From the IMG/VR virus record IMGVR_UViG_3300042519_001519, positions 1-64,000 of that record: a stretch of 64,000 bases of DNA. One strand, given 5' to 3'. Under the pieces are notes generated by a model, which saw nothing but the letters and a program-made list of their open reading frames with translations, had not been told where the DNA came from and did not search any database. Position 1 is the stretch's first letter. The number at the start of each line of letters is the position of its first letter. This DNA is from an uncultured virus (IMG/VR IMGVR_UViG_3300042519_001519). Taxonomy: Duplodnaviria > Heunggongvirae > Uroviricota > Caudoviricetes. The position numbers and the translations under genes are program-made. Of this stretch, positions 9,508 through 20,473 are shown one piece after another.

Positions 9508-12500
9508 ATGTCAGATCAATACGAAAATAAAAATGCCGGGGAATTAAGAGACATTCTTAAGTCCATAACAGGGGAACTTTCTAAACAGAGAACTATACAA
9601 GCTGAATCAGCAGCAGAGTATAGAAAAATGGATAGTATTGCAAGGAACCTTCAGGACACTTCTATGGGGATAAGTAATCTGACTTCTGAAGAGTTAGACA
9701 AACTTAGATCAAAAAACCAAAACCATATAAAGGAGTTACAGTACCAAGCTGAAAGACTAGCTAGACAAAAGATAGGTTTAGGGTTTGAAGGAAAAATAAC
9801 TGCAGAAACTATAGAAAGGTTAAAGTACCTAGATAAGTTATCAATACAGGAAGAGGCAATCTTACGAGCAGCAGCTGATCATTTTGAAATTGAAAAATCA
9901 CTTACAGCAGAGGTAGAAGATCAGTATAAAAAAAGACTGGCATTTGAAAAGCAAGTAAGTAACTCATTAGGAGTTAGTGGAGCAATCATAGGTGGTATAG
10001 ATGGGATAATGAGTAAACTGGGAATGAACTCAGGAATATTCAAAGACTCTATAGAAGAATCTAAGAAAGCAATGCAAGAGGCTGCAGAAGCAGCAGCAAG
10101 AAATGGAGAGCATATAAGTAAGACCGCTATCATGATGAAAGGCTTAGGTCCCTTAGCTTCCGGCTTTGGAAAAGCTCTTTTAGATCCATTAACAATAATT
10201 ACAGCAATATTAGACGGATTCTTCCGAGTAAATAAAGCATCTGTAGAAGTACAACAGTTAACAGGTCAATACGAAACATCTATTGCAGGAGTTAATGATA
10301 GATTAGCAACATCAGCACAATTTTTACAAACCGCAGCAGAACTAACAAAACAGTTAGGAGTATCCGCAACTCTAGTATTTGCACCAGATCAAATAGCACA
10401 ATTAGCAGAAGCTAAAAATTTATTAGGACTTTCAGCCGAACAAGCAGGTAGAATGGGAATCTTAATGAAGACTACCGGAAAGTCTGCAGATCAAGTAGGA
10501 CAAGGAATTTACGATACAGTAAATGCGTATAATGGAGCAAATCGAGCAGGAATAGCGCACGGAGTAGTGTTACAGGATGTACTAGGTGCTTCAGATAGTA
10601 TAACAGCTTCTTTAGGAAATAGTGAGAAGAAGATAGGAGCTGCAGCAGTAGCGGCAAGAGGATTAGGATTAAGTCTAAGCGAAGTAGATGAAATTGCAGG
10701 AAGCTTTCTTAATTTTGAAGATTCTATATCTGCAGAATTAGAAGCACAATTACTTACCGGGAAAAACTTAAACCTATCTAAAGCAAGAGAACTTGCATTG
10801 AATAACGACCTAGAAGGAGTAGCTAATGAACTAAAGAAGAACGGAGCATCAGCAGCAGAGTACGCTGGTATGAACCGTCTTGAACAAGAAAGTTTAGCTA
10901 AAGCATTAGGAATGTCCAGAGATCAACTTGCTAAAAGCGTACTAACGCAAGAAGCAATGAAGAACATGACTGACGAGCAAATAGCAAAAGCAAGAGGAGT
11001 TACTTTAGAGCAGTCAAAAGCAATGGATGTTCAAGAAAAGATGCAAGTAGGTATGCAAAAATTAGCAGAAGCATTTGCCCCAGTCTTGGATGTAGTTGTT
11101 AATTTAGTAGATGCATTGATGTTTGTAATAACACCTGTAGCAAAGCTTATTGCAATGGTAGTAGGAAACCCTATAGGAAAAGCAATACTTCTAGCAGTAG
11201 TAGCAGCTAATTTCTTAGGAGTAGCAGTATCGGGAGTAGGGAAAGCTTTTGGATCAATGTACCAGTTAGGAGCAAAAGCTCTAACAGGTATAACAAGTTT
11301 ATTTAAAAGTGGAGGATTAAAATCCGCTTTAGGAGGCCTTAAAGATAATTTAACAGGAGGATTTAAAGGAGGAGCTGGAGGCTTAAAAGATAAGATAATG
11401 GGTCCAGCAGCTGATAAGACGAAAAGTCTTGCAGGAGATGCCGGAGGAGCAGACGCAAAGAAAGGTGGAGGAATAAAAGGATTTTTAAAAGGACTAGGAG
11501 ATGGTTTAGCCAGTATGGGTAAACAAATGGGCGATATAATAAAAGGAGCAATAGCATTAGGAATTGCAGGAGTTGCAATAGCAGGAGGATTAGCAATTGC
11601 TATGATGATTATTAAAGATGTTGATCCCGCTAAGATGTTAGCATTTACAGGATCAATAGCTATGTTAGGGCTTACTTTAGCCATTATGGGTAAGATAGGA
11701 GGTAACGTTATACAAGGAGCCTTAGCTTTAGGAATAGTCGCTCTAGCTTTAATACCAGCAGCATATGCATTCAGTTTATTAAAAGATGTAGATACAGATA
11801 AGATTATAGCATTCTCAATAGCAGTACCTTTATTAGCTCTTGCAGCAGCAGGTTTAGGATTCTTACTAACGCCAATTGCTATGGGAGCATTAGCATTAGC
11901 AGCTTTAGGAGTTGGATTAATGGCAGTAGGAGCAGGGTTTATGGTGTTAACAGCTGGACAAGCAGGCTTTGGCCTATTCAACCAGTTACTAGATACTATG
12001 GCAGACAAAGGAGTAGCAGCAGGACTAGGATTAGGAGCAACAGGAATAGGGATGGGGCTACTAGGAGCAGCAGGATTCCTTGCATTCCCAGGAATGTTAT
12101 TAGCAGCAGTCGCAATGAGTGCGATGATTATACCACTAACACTACTAAGCGCAGTCGCATCAGCCGGAGTACTTCCAATACTAGCAACAACCTTAATGCA
12201 AATAGCAGCCGCAGCACCAGGATTATTAGGAGTTGGAATGGCTTTATTTAGTATAGCAGCAGGATTAGGAGCAGTAGCCCTAGCAGGAGTTCTGGCAATA
12301 CCGGCAATCGGAGGAGCAGTAATGCTTGCAGCAGTATCACCAGCATTAGTATCTTTAGCAGAAGCTTTTGGAATGGGAGGAGATAGTGCAGGAGAAGCTA
12401 AAGGAAAATCAGAGGAAGGATCTATGGCAGTAGTAGAAGCTAAATTAACAGAACTTATAGCAGTAGTAAAAGCAGGAGGAAATGTATACTTAGATTCTAA

Positions 12501-12546
12501 CAAAGTCGGTAGAGCACAAGTACTCGGAAGTTATAAATCTTCATAA
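9508..12546 (+). CDS. Tape measure protein
   Basis: 1012 aa, helical, Ala/Gly-rich, with long hydrophobic C-terminal segments; position after the chaperones. Confidence 0.9.
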   Translation: MSDQYENKNAGELRDILKSITGELSKQRTIQAESAAEYRKMDSIARNLQDTSMGISNLTSEELDKLRSKNQNHIKELQYQAERLARQKIGLGFEGKITAETIERLKYLDKLSIQEEAILRAAADHFEIEKSLTAEVEDQYKKRLAFEKQVSNSLGVSGAIIGGIDGIMSKLGMNSGIFKDSIEESKKAMQEAAEAAARNGEHISKTAIMMKGLGPLASGFGKALLDPLTIITAILDGFFRVNKASVEVQQLTGQYETSIAGVNDRLATSAQFLQTAAELTKQLGVSATLVFAPDQIAQLAEAKNLLGLSAEQAGRMGILMKTTGKSADQVGQGIYDTVNAYNGANRAGIAHGVVLQDVLGASDSITASLGNSEKKIGAAAVAARGLGLSLSEVDEIAGSFLNFEDSISAELEAQLLTGKNLNLSKARELALNNDLEGVANELKKNGASAAEYAGMNRLEQESLAKALGMSRDQLAKSVLTQEAMKNMTDEQIAKARGVTLEQSKAMDVQEKMQVGMQKLAEAFAPVLDVVVNLVDALMFVITPVAKLIAMVVGNPIGKAILLAVVAANFLGVAVSGVGKAFGSMYQLGAKALTGITSLFKSGGLKSALGGLKDNLTGGFKGGAGGLKDKIMGPAADKTKSLAGDAGGADAKKGGGIKGFLKGLGDGLASMGKQMGDIIKGAIALGIAGVAIAGGLAIAMMIIKDVDPAKMLAFTGSIAMLGLTLAIMGKIGGNVIQGALALGIVALALIPAAYAFSLLKDVDTDKIIAFSIAVPLLALAAAGLGFLLTPIAMGALALAALGVGLMAVGAGFMVLTAGQAGFGLFNQLLDTMADKGVAAGLGLGATGIGMGLLGAAGFLAFPGMLLAAVAMSAMIIPLTLLSAVASAGVLPILATTLMQIAAAAPGLLGVGMALFSIAAGLGAVALAGVLAIPAIGGAVMLAAVSPALVSLAEAFGMGGDSAGEAKGKSEEGSMAVVEAKLTELIAVVKAGGNVYLDSNKVGRAQVLGSYKSS

Positions 12547-12579
12547 ATAAACTATTTATAATAAATTAAAACAATTAAT

Positions 12580-12804
12580 ATGGGACTATTAGACTTATTA
12601 CCATCGTCAAACTTAGGATTACAGGGATCTACACCAGCAACAATTGCAAGTGCTAATCCAAATTCAACACTACACAATCAATCATCAATCAATAACACAC
12701 CAGCGATTGATCAATCTCCTTCTGCTTTAGACTTAGACGGACAAATACCAGTAGTGTCTCCATCAGGACAAGGACTTCCTTACATGAGTAACCTACCAGG
12801 ATAA
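12580..12804 (+). CDS. Small putative tail protein
   Basis: ORF preceded by the TATTTATA motif within the tail cluster. Confidence 0.55.
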   Translation: MGLLDLLPSSNLGLQGSTPATIASANPNSTLHNQSSINNTPAIDQSPSALDLDGQIPVVSPSGQGLPYMSNLPG

Positions 12805-12811
12805 AAATTAA

Positions 12812-14962
12812 ATGGCAAACGGACTATTAAATCTCCAGACAGACCTTAAAAGTCTCCGTTATGGAAGCGATAAACCCTACATTACTAAGGATATAAACAA
12901 CCCTCCTTCTAGTAATCAAACGGGTATGCAAATAACTAAGCGTATAGATGACACTTCCCGTATTGCCCAAATGCTTATTGACCGTCCTGGATTAAAGTAC
13001 CTAGGAAACGAAGCTTTACTTCAACAGGTAAATGTTGGAGATAAAATAAGAAAAGCAAAAGATAAAGGTAAGAGTACAGTAGGGGCTGTTTTACAGCAAG
13101 CTGGAAATACTTTAGTAAATACAGTTAAAATTGCAGGTTCAACTCTTGCACAAGTTCCAGTAAATGGAACAGGTACGCATTTCTTAAAAGGATTTAGAAC
13201 AGATACATACTTAAGACCAGATCCAGAAGGAGTAAAACCATCAGGCTTTGCTCAATTTTTTGGAGCAGGAGGAGTAGAAGGAGCACCTTACGCACTTAGT
13301 GGGAAAGAGGTTCCTATGTATATCAATTCAGATATATACGACCAAAAGACAGGAGAGTTAATTACAGGTAGTAAATTTGGATATGATGAAAAAATAAACA
13401 AACCAATTCCTCAAGGTGAAAATAGAACATATTCACAAGGGGATGGAATTATTATACAAGATAACGAAGGTCAAGAAGGCTGGAAACCTTGGTCATCACT
13501 TTCAGTAACATCAAGTCTAGTTTCTAGAGACGATACAAAACTATTAAAAGATAGTAAATACGATTCTGACGATACTAAAGACAGAGATAAGCAATCAAGA
13601 TATTTAGCAGAAGAAGGAAAACCAGTACCAGTAGGTCCTGTTCAGAAATTTGCAAATGGAAATCCACAGCAAAATCAAACAACAGCACAGACAGGTTCCT
13701 TAAACAGTCTACCAAACTCAGTAGACTACACAGACCTTATTGCTTCAAAAGATACAATACAGAGTATTGCAGCTTCGGCATTACAGTTAGGAAATAAGTA
13801 TAAAGATAGATCAACTTTCACAGGTGTAAACACTCAAGACAATGTAAATAGTGTAGCAGCAGGTACTCCAATAAAAGTAAGTAAACAAGCAGGTATAAGA
13901 AATACAACTCTAGCATCAGGAAGTATGCCAGGGGGTAGTTTAATTAACTCAGGAGAATATGCCGCACCAATTGCTGAAACCACAGTACCTTCCTCAAGTA
14001 AGTATACAGACGGAGCAACTTATACCGGAACAAATACACAGAGTAATATTAACAGTGCAAATGAAGGCGGTTTTATTACAGTAACTGATAAAGTAAATAC
14101 TGAACAGACTTATAAAGTAGAAGGAAGTATACCTCTATCAGGAAAAGAAGATAATAAAGTTGTTGATGAGAATAGTGTTAATAGAAATGTAAGTGACTTT
14201 AGAACAGGTCCAACTTCTTTTGCATACGGCAGTCCTACTATCAATAAAGAAACAAGAGTTAATTTAGGTAACCAAGGTAAGAATATAGGAAAAGTTAGCT
14301 ACAGTAATATAGATCCAGATAAAGTAGATCAATTAAATGCTTTACAGGAGAGTGAAACTAGAATAGATGGAACAAGCGCAGCAAGAGATTTAGCTAAATT
14401 CTACTTTGAAATAATAACACCAGACAATGTAGATGACGGTGATGGTACCTTTCTACACTTTAGAGCACATATTGACAGTATAGATGATAGTTACTCAGGA
14501 GACTGGGATTCACATCAATATGTAGGTAGAGCAGAAGAGTTCTTTACATACAAAGGATTTAAAAGAGATATATCAGTAGGGTTTAAAATATCAGCTCAAT
14601 CTAGAGCAGAGATGAAACCTCTTTACAGAAAAATGGTATACCTAGCCTCAGCTACAGCACCAACTTATGGAGGTGGGTCAAAATTTATGAGGGGTACGCT
14701 TGTTAAATTGTCAATTGGTTCGTATTTTAGTCAAATACCGGGGATAATAACCTCTGTTAAGTATACATGGAATCCAGACTATATGTGGGAAATAGCAATG
14801 CAAAACCCAGAAGGCGGAGTAGATGATGATCAGCAAGAGTTACCAATGACTTTAGACTGTAGCATTTCATTTAAACCAATTCACAATTTTGCTCCACAAA
14901 CAGGATTACATCATTACTTTACAAGTCCAGCACCATTAAACGGATCAAAACCGTTTTTTTAA
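12812..14962 (+). CDS. Putative baseplate/tail-tube initiator protein
   Basis: C-terminal tube-like domain (FRAHIDSIDDSY..W...YVGRAE.F.TY.GF.R.IS..FKI); tail cluster context. Confidence 0.6.
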   Translation: MANGLLNLQTDLKSLRYGSDKPYITKDINNPPSSNQTGMQITKRIDDTSRIAQMLIDRPGLKYLGNEALLQQVNVGDKIRKAKDKGKSTVGAVLQQAGNTLVNTVKIAGSTLAQVPVNGTGTHFLKGFRTDTYLRPDPEGVKPSGFAQFFGAGGVEGAPYALSGKEVPMYINSDIYDQKTGELITGSKFGYDEKINKPIPQGENRTYSQGDGIIIQDNEGQEGWKPWSSLSVTSSLVSRDDTKLLKDSKYDSDDTKDRDKQSRYLAEEGKPVPVGPVQKFANGNPQQNQTTAQTGSLNSLPNSVDYTDLIASKDTIQSIAASALQLGNKYKDRSTFTGVNTQDNVNSVAAGTPIKVSKQAGIRNTTLASGSMPGGSLINSGEYAAPIAETTVPSSSKYTDGATYTGTNTQSNINSANEGGFITVTDKVNTEQTYKVEGSIPLSGKEDNKVVDENSVNRNVSDFRTGPTSFAYGSPTINKETRVNLGNQGKNIGKVSYSNIDPDKVDQLNALQESETRIDGTSAARDLAKFYFEIITPDNVDDGDGTFLHFRAHIDSIDDSYSGDWDSHQYVGRAEEFFTYKGFKRDISVGFKISAQSRAEMKPLYRKMVYLASATAPTYGGGSKFMRGTLVKLSIGSYFSQIPGIITSVKYTWNPDYMWEIAMQNPEGGVDDDQQELPMTLDCSISFKPIHNFAPQTGLHHYFTSPAPLNGSKPFF

Positions 14963-14971
14963 AAAAAATAA

Positions 14972-15277
14972 ATGGCAGATAGATATAAAAATATAAAAGA
15001 GGTAATAACTTCAGATAACGTAAGGTATAGGTTAAATGCTATATACCCTGAAATACCTTTATCTCAAGATGACTATTATGTTATCTCCACAGGAGGTGAC
15101 AGGTATGATACACTAGCTCAGCAATTTTACAAAGACCATACTCTATGGTGGATAATTGCATCTGCAAATAATTCAGAAAGAGCCTCTCTAATAGTAGAGC
15201 CAGGCGTACAGTTACGAATTCCCGCTAATAAAGAATATATATTACAATTATATAGTGAGGTAAATAAATCAAGGTAA
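14972..15277 (+). CDS. LysM-like baseplate wedge protein (gp53/gpX-like)
   Basis: GDRYDTLAQQFYKDHTLWWIIASAN...PGVQLRIP. Confidence 0.85.
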   Translation: MADRYKNIKEVITSDNVRYRLNAIYPEIPLSQDDYYVISTGGDRYDTLAQQFYKDHTLWWIIASANNSERASLIVEPGVQLRIPANKEYILQLYSEVNKSR

Positions 15278-18084
15278 TGGGATTAGAAGTAGGAACAGGC
15301 ATAAGCCCAGGAATCGCAGAACAGCTCGAAGCAAGAAAAAAAGTCATAGGTAAAACAAAAGATAGAACCAATGACGACTTAATGTACATGAACAGTAAGA
15401 CTGGATGGGTAAAATTATCTTCCGGTGTTAATACATTAACTGATGATGAAGTAGCTCAACTTAGAATACAGAAAGGCAGACTTACAATAAAAGGAGACGA
15501 TACATTAGCAAAAGAAAATGTGCTTTTTGGAGGTATAATGAAACCAGGGGGAGGTCTACGACAAGGGATAGACACCTCAGGAAATGTAAACACAAATAGT
15601 GCATACTTACTAAGACCTAGTATGGGATTTAGACCTATGGGAGGTATAACATCCATGACAGTAAAGTCAAAGAATACTTACGGTACCTTAAGAGAAGCAG
15701 ATGTTAAATTTTCTGTATGGTCTTTAGAAGAGTTTGAAGTAATGGAAAGACTTTATCTACGACCAGGATTTACAATGCTACTTGAATGGGGACATTCTCT
15801 TTATATTAATAATGATACTACATTAGAGAAAACAATTAAGACAATAAGCCCAGACTTATTTTTTAAGAAAGGTTTAGAAATGTCTAAAATTACAGATGAA
15901 ATAAAAAAAATAAGACAAGAGAGTGATTACAATTACGAAGGAATGATTGGGTATTGTAAAAACTTTTCTTGGAATTATAACTCAAACGGAGGGTACGACT
16001 GTAGTGTAAGTATAATATCAACAGGAGAGATACTAGAATCAGCACCGGTAAAACTCTCCCCAGGTAATTTAATACCTAAAGATGAAATGGATTCTGCAAC
16101 TAGTGATGAAGGTAAGGAACAGAGAAAAAGTATCTTCCACTACTTCTTACAAAAACTAGCATTACTAAAACAAGGTGTAGTCGGTAAAGAAACCCTTGCC
16201 AGCGAAGCACCATCATTAGCTGCCCCGCTACAAGACTTTATAGTATTTTGGGCAGCTGTTGAAATAGATGATAGTTGGCTTTGGGATACAGAGGCACCGA
16301 TGCATTGGGTACCGCTGGCACTTATCTTAGATATATACAATAATTTTGTAGCGATAAAAGATCTTACAAAAACACCGGGTACTCCAAATGCTACTATGTG
16401 TAAGTTTAATACAGATATTAAGAAATCCACAAAGTTTATAACAGGTCCTAAGCACTTTTCACCGGATCCGTTGGTATGTGTAATACTGGCTCCAAACGAC
16501 GAAGGGTTAGGCGTACTGCCTTTTATACACGGAGCTACCCAAGGTCTGCCAGCGGAAATAACTAGTGATGTACTTAATATATATATTAACTCTCTATACC
16601 TAAAAAGCAAGTTTGATGAAGCTTTGGATACAGATGGAAAGTTTAACAAAAGTATGTCCGATGTATTGAAGAGTATTCTAGATGGAGTATCTACAGCACT
16701 GGGAGGTATAAATGATTTTGATATAGCATACGATGATGAAGATCAAGGAGGAACTTTTTACGTAATTGATAGAAACTTAACACCAGAAACCAAACCACCT
16801 GCAGAATTAACACTAGTAGGGGTTAACAGTATCTATAAAGAAATAAGTATTAGTAGTAAAATTAGTAACGAGACTTCCTCTCAAATTGCTATTGCTGCAC
16901 AAGGGACAACACAGAACTATTCTGAAAATGTGGAGAACATGTTAAAATGGAATCCAGGTATTGTAGATAGGGTTGTAGTAACTAAAGATGTTCAAGCTAA
17001 AAATAAAGACGGAGAAGAGGCAGTAAAAGCAGATCAAGAAGAAATTCTACAGGATTGGAAAGACTCTATAAAAACATTCTTTACAGATTTTACAGGAGGA
17101 GGATATGATAAAGACGAGTTAGAAGCTGTAAAAACAGAACACGCTCACTATACTGTAGAAAACGTAACAAGAAGACCGGCTTCAGGAACAGATGCAGGAC
17201 CATCTCCAATACCTGTTGAACTTACTCTAAAACTAGACGGTATTGGAGGACTTAGAATAGCATCAACCTTTAGAATATCTCCAGGACTTTTACCTGACAA
17301 GTATAACGGTAAGTTCGGATATATCATAACAGGGGTAGAACACACAATCGGTACCAATAGTGTATGGGAAACCTCAGTAACAACTCAGTTTTATTTATTA
17401 GAACAGTTAAAACAAGAAGCAAGACAACCACAAGTAATTAACCCAACACCGCCACCTTCACCAAAAGCAGTTGGAGCAGCAAATTATACACCACCAGGAC
17501 CAGTACAACCAGGAGAGGACCCAGCACCTATTATTAATCCTAAGAAAGTAGGAGCAGTAGGTTATAATGCATCACCACTTGTTGCAAACTCAAAAACAAA
17601 TGGAGGACAGAATGGTTTACTAAGTCAAACAAATCCTAAACTACTTGTATTTATAGGGGAAACTAGCGGAGCAAGTACTTATTACAAAAACCCTGCTACA
17701 AAAGCACCAGAATACATGTTACATCCAGCAGCTGCTAAAGCATGGAAAGCCTGGAAAGCAGATATGAAAGCTGCAGGAATTTCCTACAGAATGTCCAGTG
17801 CATATAGAAGTAAGGTACACCAAGGAGGATTAAAACCAGGCAGCACTGTAGCAAGCCCAGGATCATCACCACATGGATGGGGAGGAGCATTAGACTTTGG
17901 AAACCTTCATGGAATTGTGAATGGAAGCGGTGATCCAAAGAGAAATCAAGAAGGAAGAAAAACTCCTATCTATAAACAAATGGCAACACTGGGTGCTAAA
18001 CACGGATGGTATAATCCTTGGAGATTATCAGACGTATCAGGTACAGATGAATTATGGCATTTTGAATACTGGGGACCAGCTTAA
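15277..18084 (+). CDS. Baseplate hub-like protein with a C-terminal M15 (VanY-like) Zn peptidase; virion-associated peptidoglycan hydrolase
   Basis: SAYRS, SPHGWGGALD (SxHxxGxAxD) and ELWHFEY motifs after a Pro-rich linker. Confidence 0.85.
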   Translation: MGLEVGTGISPGIAEQLEARKKVIGKTKDRTNDDLMYMNSKTGWVKLSSGVNTLTDDEVAQLRIQKGRLTIKGDDTLAKENVLFGGIMKPGGGLRQGIDTSGNVNTNSAYLLRPSMGFRPMGGITSMTVKSKNTYGTLREADVKFSVWSLEEFEVMERLYLRPGFTMLLEWGHSLYINNDTTLEKTIKTISPDLFFKKGLEMSKITDEIKKIRQESDYNYEGMIGYCKNFSWNYNSNGGYDCSVSIISTGEILESAPVKLSPGNLIPKDEMDSATSDEGKEQRKSIFHYFLQKLALLKQGVVGKETLASEAPSLAAPLQDFIVFWAAVEIDDSWLWDTEAPMHWVPLALILDIYNNFVAIKDLTKTPGTPNATMCKFNTDIKKSTKFITGPKHFSPDPLVCVILAPNDEGLGVLPFIHGATQGLPAEITSDVLNIYINSLYLKSKFDEALDTDGKFNKSMSDVLKSILDGVSTALGGINDFDIAYDDEDQGGTFYVIDRNLTPETKPPAELTLVGVNSIYKEISISSKISNETSSQIAIAAQGTTQNYSENVENMLKWNPGIVDRVVVTKDVQAKNKDGEEAVKADQEEILQDWKDSIKTFFTDFTGGGYDKDELEAVKTEHAHYTVENVTRRPASGTDAGPSPIPVELTLKLDGIGGLRIASTFRISPGLLPDKYNGKFGYIITGVEHTIGTNSVWETSVTTQFYLLEQLKQEARQPQVINPTPPPSPKAVGAANYTPPGPVQPGEDPAPIINPKKVGAVGYNASPLVANSKTNGGQNGLLSQTNPKLLVFIGETSGASTYYKNPATKAPEYMLHPAAAKAWKAWKADMKAAGISYRMSSAYRSKVHQGGLKPGSTVASPGSSPHGWGGALDFGNLHGIVNGSGDPKRNQEGRKTPIYKQMATLGAKHGWYNPWRLSDVSGTDELWHFEYWGPA

Positions 18085-18096
18085 TAATATACCACA

Positions 18097-19071
18097 ATGG
18101 CAAACATAGAAGTAAAAAGCTTTACATACAGAACATACCTTGAAGGTATGGACCCTGTTATAGAGGTGTACGCAGATGGGGCATTTGTAAGAAAAGAAGT
18201 ATGGTCAGGAGTAAATTTTAATATAGATTCCGCAAAAGGACATGTTTCTAGAACAGTAGAAAATTTTGGAGCATTAGGAAAAGGTAATGTAAATTTTTAT
18301 AAATTAGCACCACCACCACCTCCGCCTCCAACACCGGAAATAGTACCACCACCACCACCACCGGAGCCACCACCAGCACCGGATAGAAAAAAGAAAGGAT
18401 CTTGGTACTTACCAAAATCTAGATATAGAAAACCTAAATCAACTAACGGAGGAGAATTTGTTATTAAATCTACAAAAGAACCATACACAGGGAGTTATAT
18501 AGAGACTTTCAAGAAAAAATACTATGCAGGGAGCTCTCCAGAGCAAATGGGTGAGGAGTTAGAAAAGGTAAGAGATAGAGGAGATTTTGACTTATTGGGG
18601 GAAGCTTTTGCAACCCTAAGTCCATTACTACTCAAGGCACTGAAAGGAGGAGTAATTAGAAAAAAACCAACCACAAGTGAAGTAGTATTAGGAGAGGTAA
18701 AAAGATACTTTACACAAGATCCGGTAACAAATAAAATTGTAGAATTAACAAAACCGGATTATGTAGAGCTTAAAAAACAATTACCAAATAGGAAATATGC
18801 AGAAGTGAATTGGAAGATACAAGGTCCTGCAGAAGATATAATGTTTGGAAATTATAAATACGAAGGAGCAGCAACTAAGAATCTAAATACTATAGTAGCA
18901 CTGGAAAAACAAATGCCAGGAATTACTAGAGTTGTAAGAGACTTTGCATACCTTGTACCGCCAACACGTCCAAGTCAACTATTCATACCAGACACACTTT
19001 CAGCAACAGTAAAAGATCCTCTGATAGAATTAGAAAATTACCGAAAAGCAAATTTCGATACAAAAGAATAA
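18097..19071 (+). CDS. Hypothetical protein with a poly-Pro linker, probably baseplate-associated
   Basis: Last ORF of the tail operon; PPPPPPP tracts. Confidence 0.55.
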   Translation: MANIEVKSFTYRTYLEGMDPVIEVYADGAFVRKEVWSGVNFNIDSAKGHVSRTVENFGALGKGNVNFYKLAPPPPPPPTPEIVPPPPPPEPPPAPDRKKKGSWYLPKSRYRKPKSTNGGEFVIKSTKEPYTGSYIETFKKKYYAGSSPEQMGEELEKVRDRGDFDLLGEAFATLSPLLLKALKGGVIRKKPTTSEVVLGEVKRYFTQDPVTNKIVELTKPDYVELKKQLPNRKYAEVNWKIQGPAEDIMFGNYKYEGAATKNLNTIVALEKQMPGITRVVRDFAYLVPPTRPSQLFIPDTLSATVKDPLIELENYRKANFDTKE

Positions 19072-19075
19072 AAAT

Positions 19076-19111
19076 AAGGCTTGCTTTTGCAGGCCTTTTT
19101 TCTTATATTAA
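19076..19111 (+). promoter_or_regulatory. Terminator hairpin overlapping a Bacteroidota-type promoter (TTG-N20-TATATTA)
   Basis: AAGGCTTGC-tttt-GCAGGCCTT plus T-tract; TTG at 19081, -7 element at 19104. Confidence 0.75.
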
Positions 19112-19128
19112 AGAAAAGGTTATAGAAA

Positions 19129-20454
19129 ATGTTTTATATAGTAGAGACAGAGGAGCAAATACAGCTTCTAAAAAATTTAGGAAGGAAAGGAGGGTATGTA
19201 GAAGTCATTTCTTCAAATGATAACTACCATCCACTTCTTACAACTACTGTAGCAATCTACTTAAGACCCTTAGATCATCCAGAAGGATACATTATTCCAA
19301 TAAGCCATGACGAAGGATTAAACTTATCAAAAGATTGTGTCTCTGACATACTAAAAGAATACACAACCCTTTATACGTTTGATAAGAAAGAATTGATGTA
19401 CCACTTTATATTAAAGGATGTTATAGATCTTTCCCTACTTTATTCAATGACTTCTTACAATAGACTTGAACTTCCAAGATCTAATTCAACTTGCAATTGG
19501 TATTACAATCGCTTTCATGATTTTAAAGAAATAAATGCTATAATTCCAATATCAAAGCTATTTGAAAAATGTGAGGAGAATTATAAGTCATTACAAAAGA
19601 TATTGCAGATTGCAATACCCAATGGCTTTGATTTCTATAATAAAACTGCAACGTCTGTTTTCTTTATGATTGAGAGAGCTGGACTGAGAATAACCTATCA
19701 ATCTTTTCTAGAATTGTTTAAACCAAACAATCCTGTATATAGTATTGATAACAATATTATATATACTTCGTATAATTTATATAATACAACTTCTCGTCCA
19801 ACAAATGCTTTTAATTCAGTAAATTTTGCTGCAATACCAAAAGCACCTGAATTTAGAAAAGCAATTATTCCTCAGAACGATGTATTTGTAGAAATGGACT
19901 TTGATGGATATCATTTAAGACTATTATGCGAACAAATAGGTTATGAATTAACAGATGAATCCGCACACGTTCAATTGGCTAGACTGTACTTCGGTAAAGA
20001 TGAAATAGCTGAAGATGAATATGCGAAAGCAAAACAAATTAACTTCCATGCCATTTACGGAAAGATTCCACCTGAGTATGCTTTCTTAGAAATCTTCGAT
20101 AAGATTCAGAATTATATAAACGGTCTTTGGAAGCAATTTAAAGAACAAGGATATGTAGAAGATCCAATATCAGGAAAAAGATTTACACAAGATCTTCCAG
20201 AGATGCATCCGCAGAAGCTTATGAACTATATGATGCAGAGCTTGGAAACCTCAAGAAATATTCTTATATTAAAAGATGTGCTTATGTTTCTTCAAGATAA
20301 GAAGAGCAGTTTAGCACTCTATACTTATGATGCTTTTGTATTTGACTTTGATAAATCAGACAGCAAGGAAACACTAGAATCTTTAGAAAAAATAATGAAC
20401 CAGGGAGGAAAATACCCTATAAAGTTCAAATACAGTAGTAACTTAGTTTTATAA
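19129..20454 (+). CDS. Family A DNA polymerase, short and divergent
   Basis: TTSRP..(S)VNF, motif A DFDGYHLRL, motif B AKQINFHAIYG, NYMMQ, motif C YTYDAF. Confidence 0.85.
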   Translation: MFYIVETEEQIQLLKNLGRKGGYVEVISSNDNYHPLLTTTVAIYLRPLDHPEGYIIPISHDEGLNLSKDCVSDILKEYTTLYTFDKKELMYHFILKDVIDLSLLYSMTSYNRLELPRSNSTCNWYYNRFHDFKEINAIIPISKLFEKCEENYKSLQKILQIAIPNGFDFYNKTATSVFFMIERAGLRITYQSFLELFKPNNPVYSIDNNIIYTSYNLYNTTSRPTNAFNSVNFAAIPKAPEFRKAIIPQNDVFVEMDFDGYHLRLLCEQIGYELTDESAHVQLARLYFGKDEIAEDEYAKAKQINFHAIYGKIPPEYAFLEIFDKIQNYINGLWKQFKEQGYVEDPISGKRFTQDLPEMHPQKLMNYMMQSLETSRNILILKDVLMFLQDKKSSLALYTYDAFVFDFDKSDSKETLESLEKIMNQGGKYPIKFKYSSNLVL

Positions 20455-20473
20455 AATAAAAACCTATTTATAA

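Noticed and set aside
11031..12503. 490-aa minus-strand ORF
   Set aside because: Antisense shadow of the Ala/Gly-rich tape measure codons; no other credible minus-strand gene in the window
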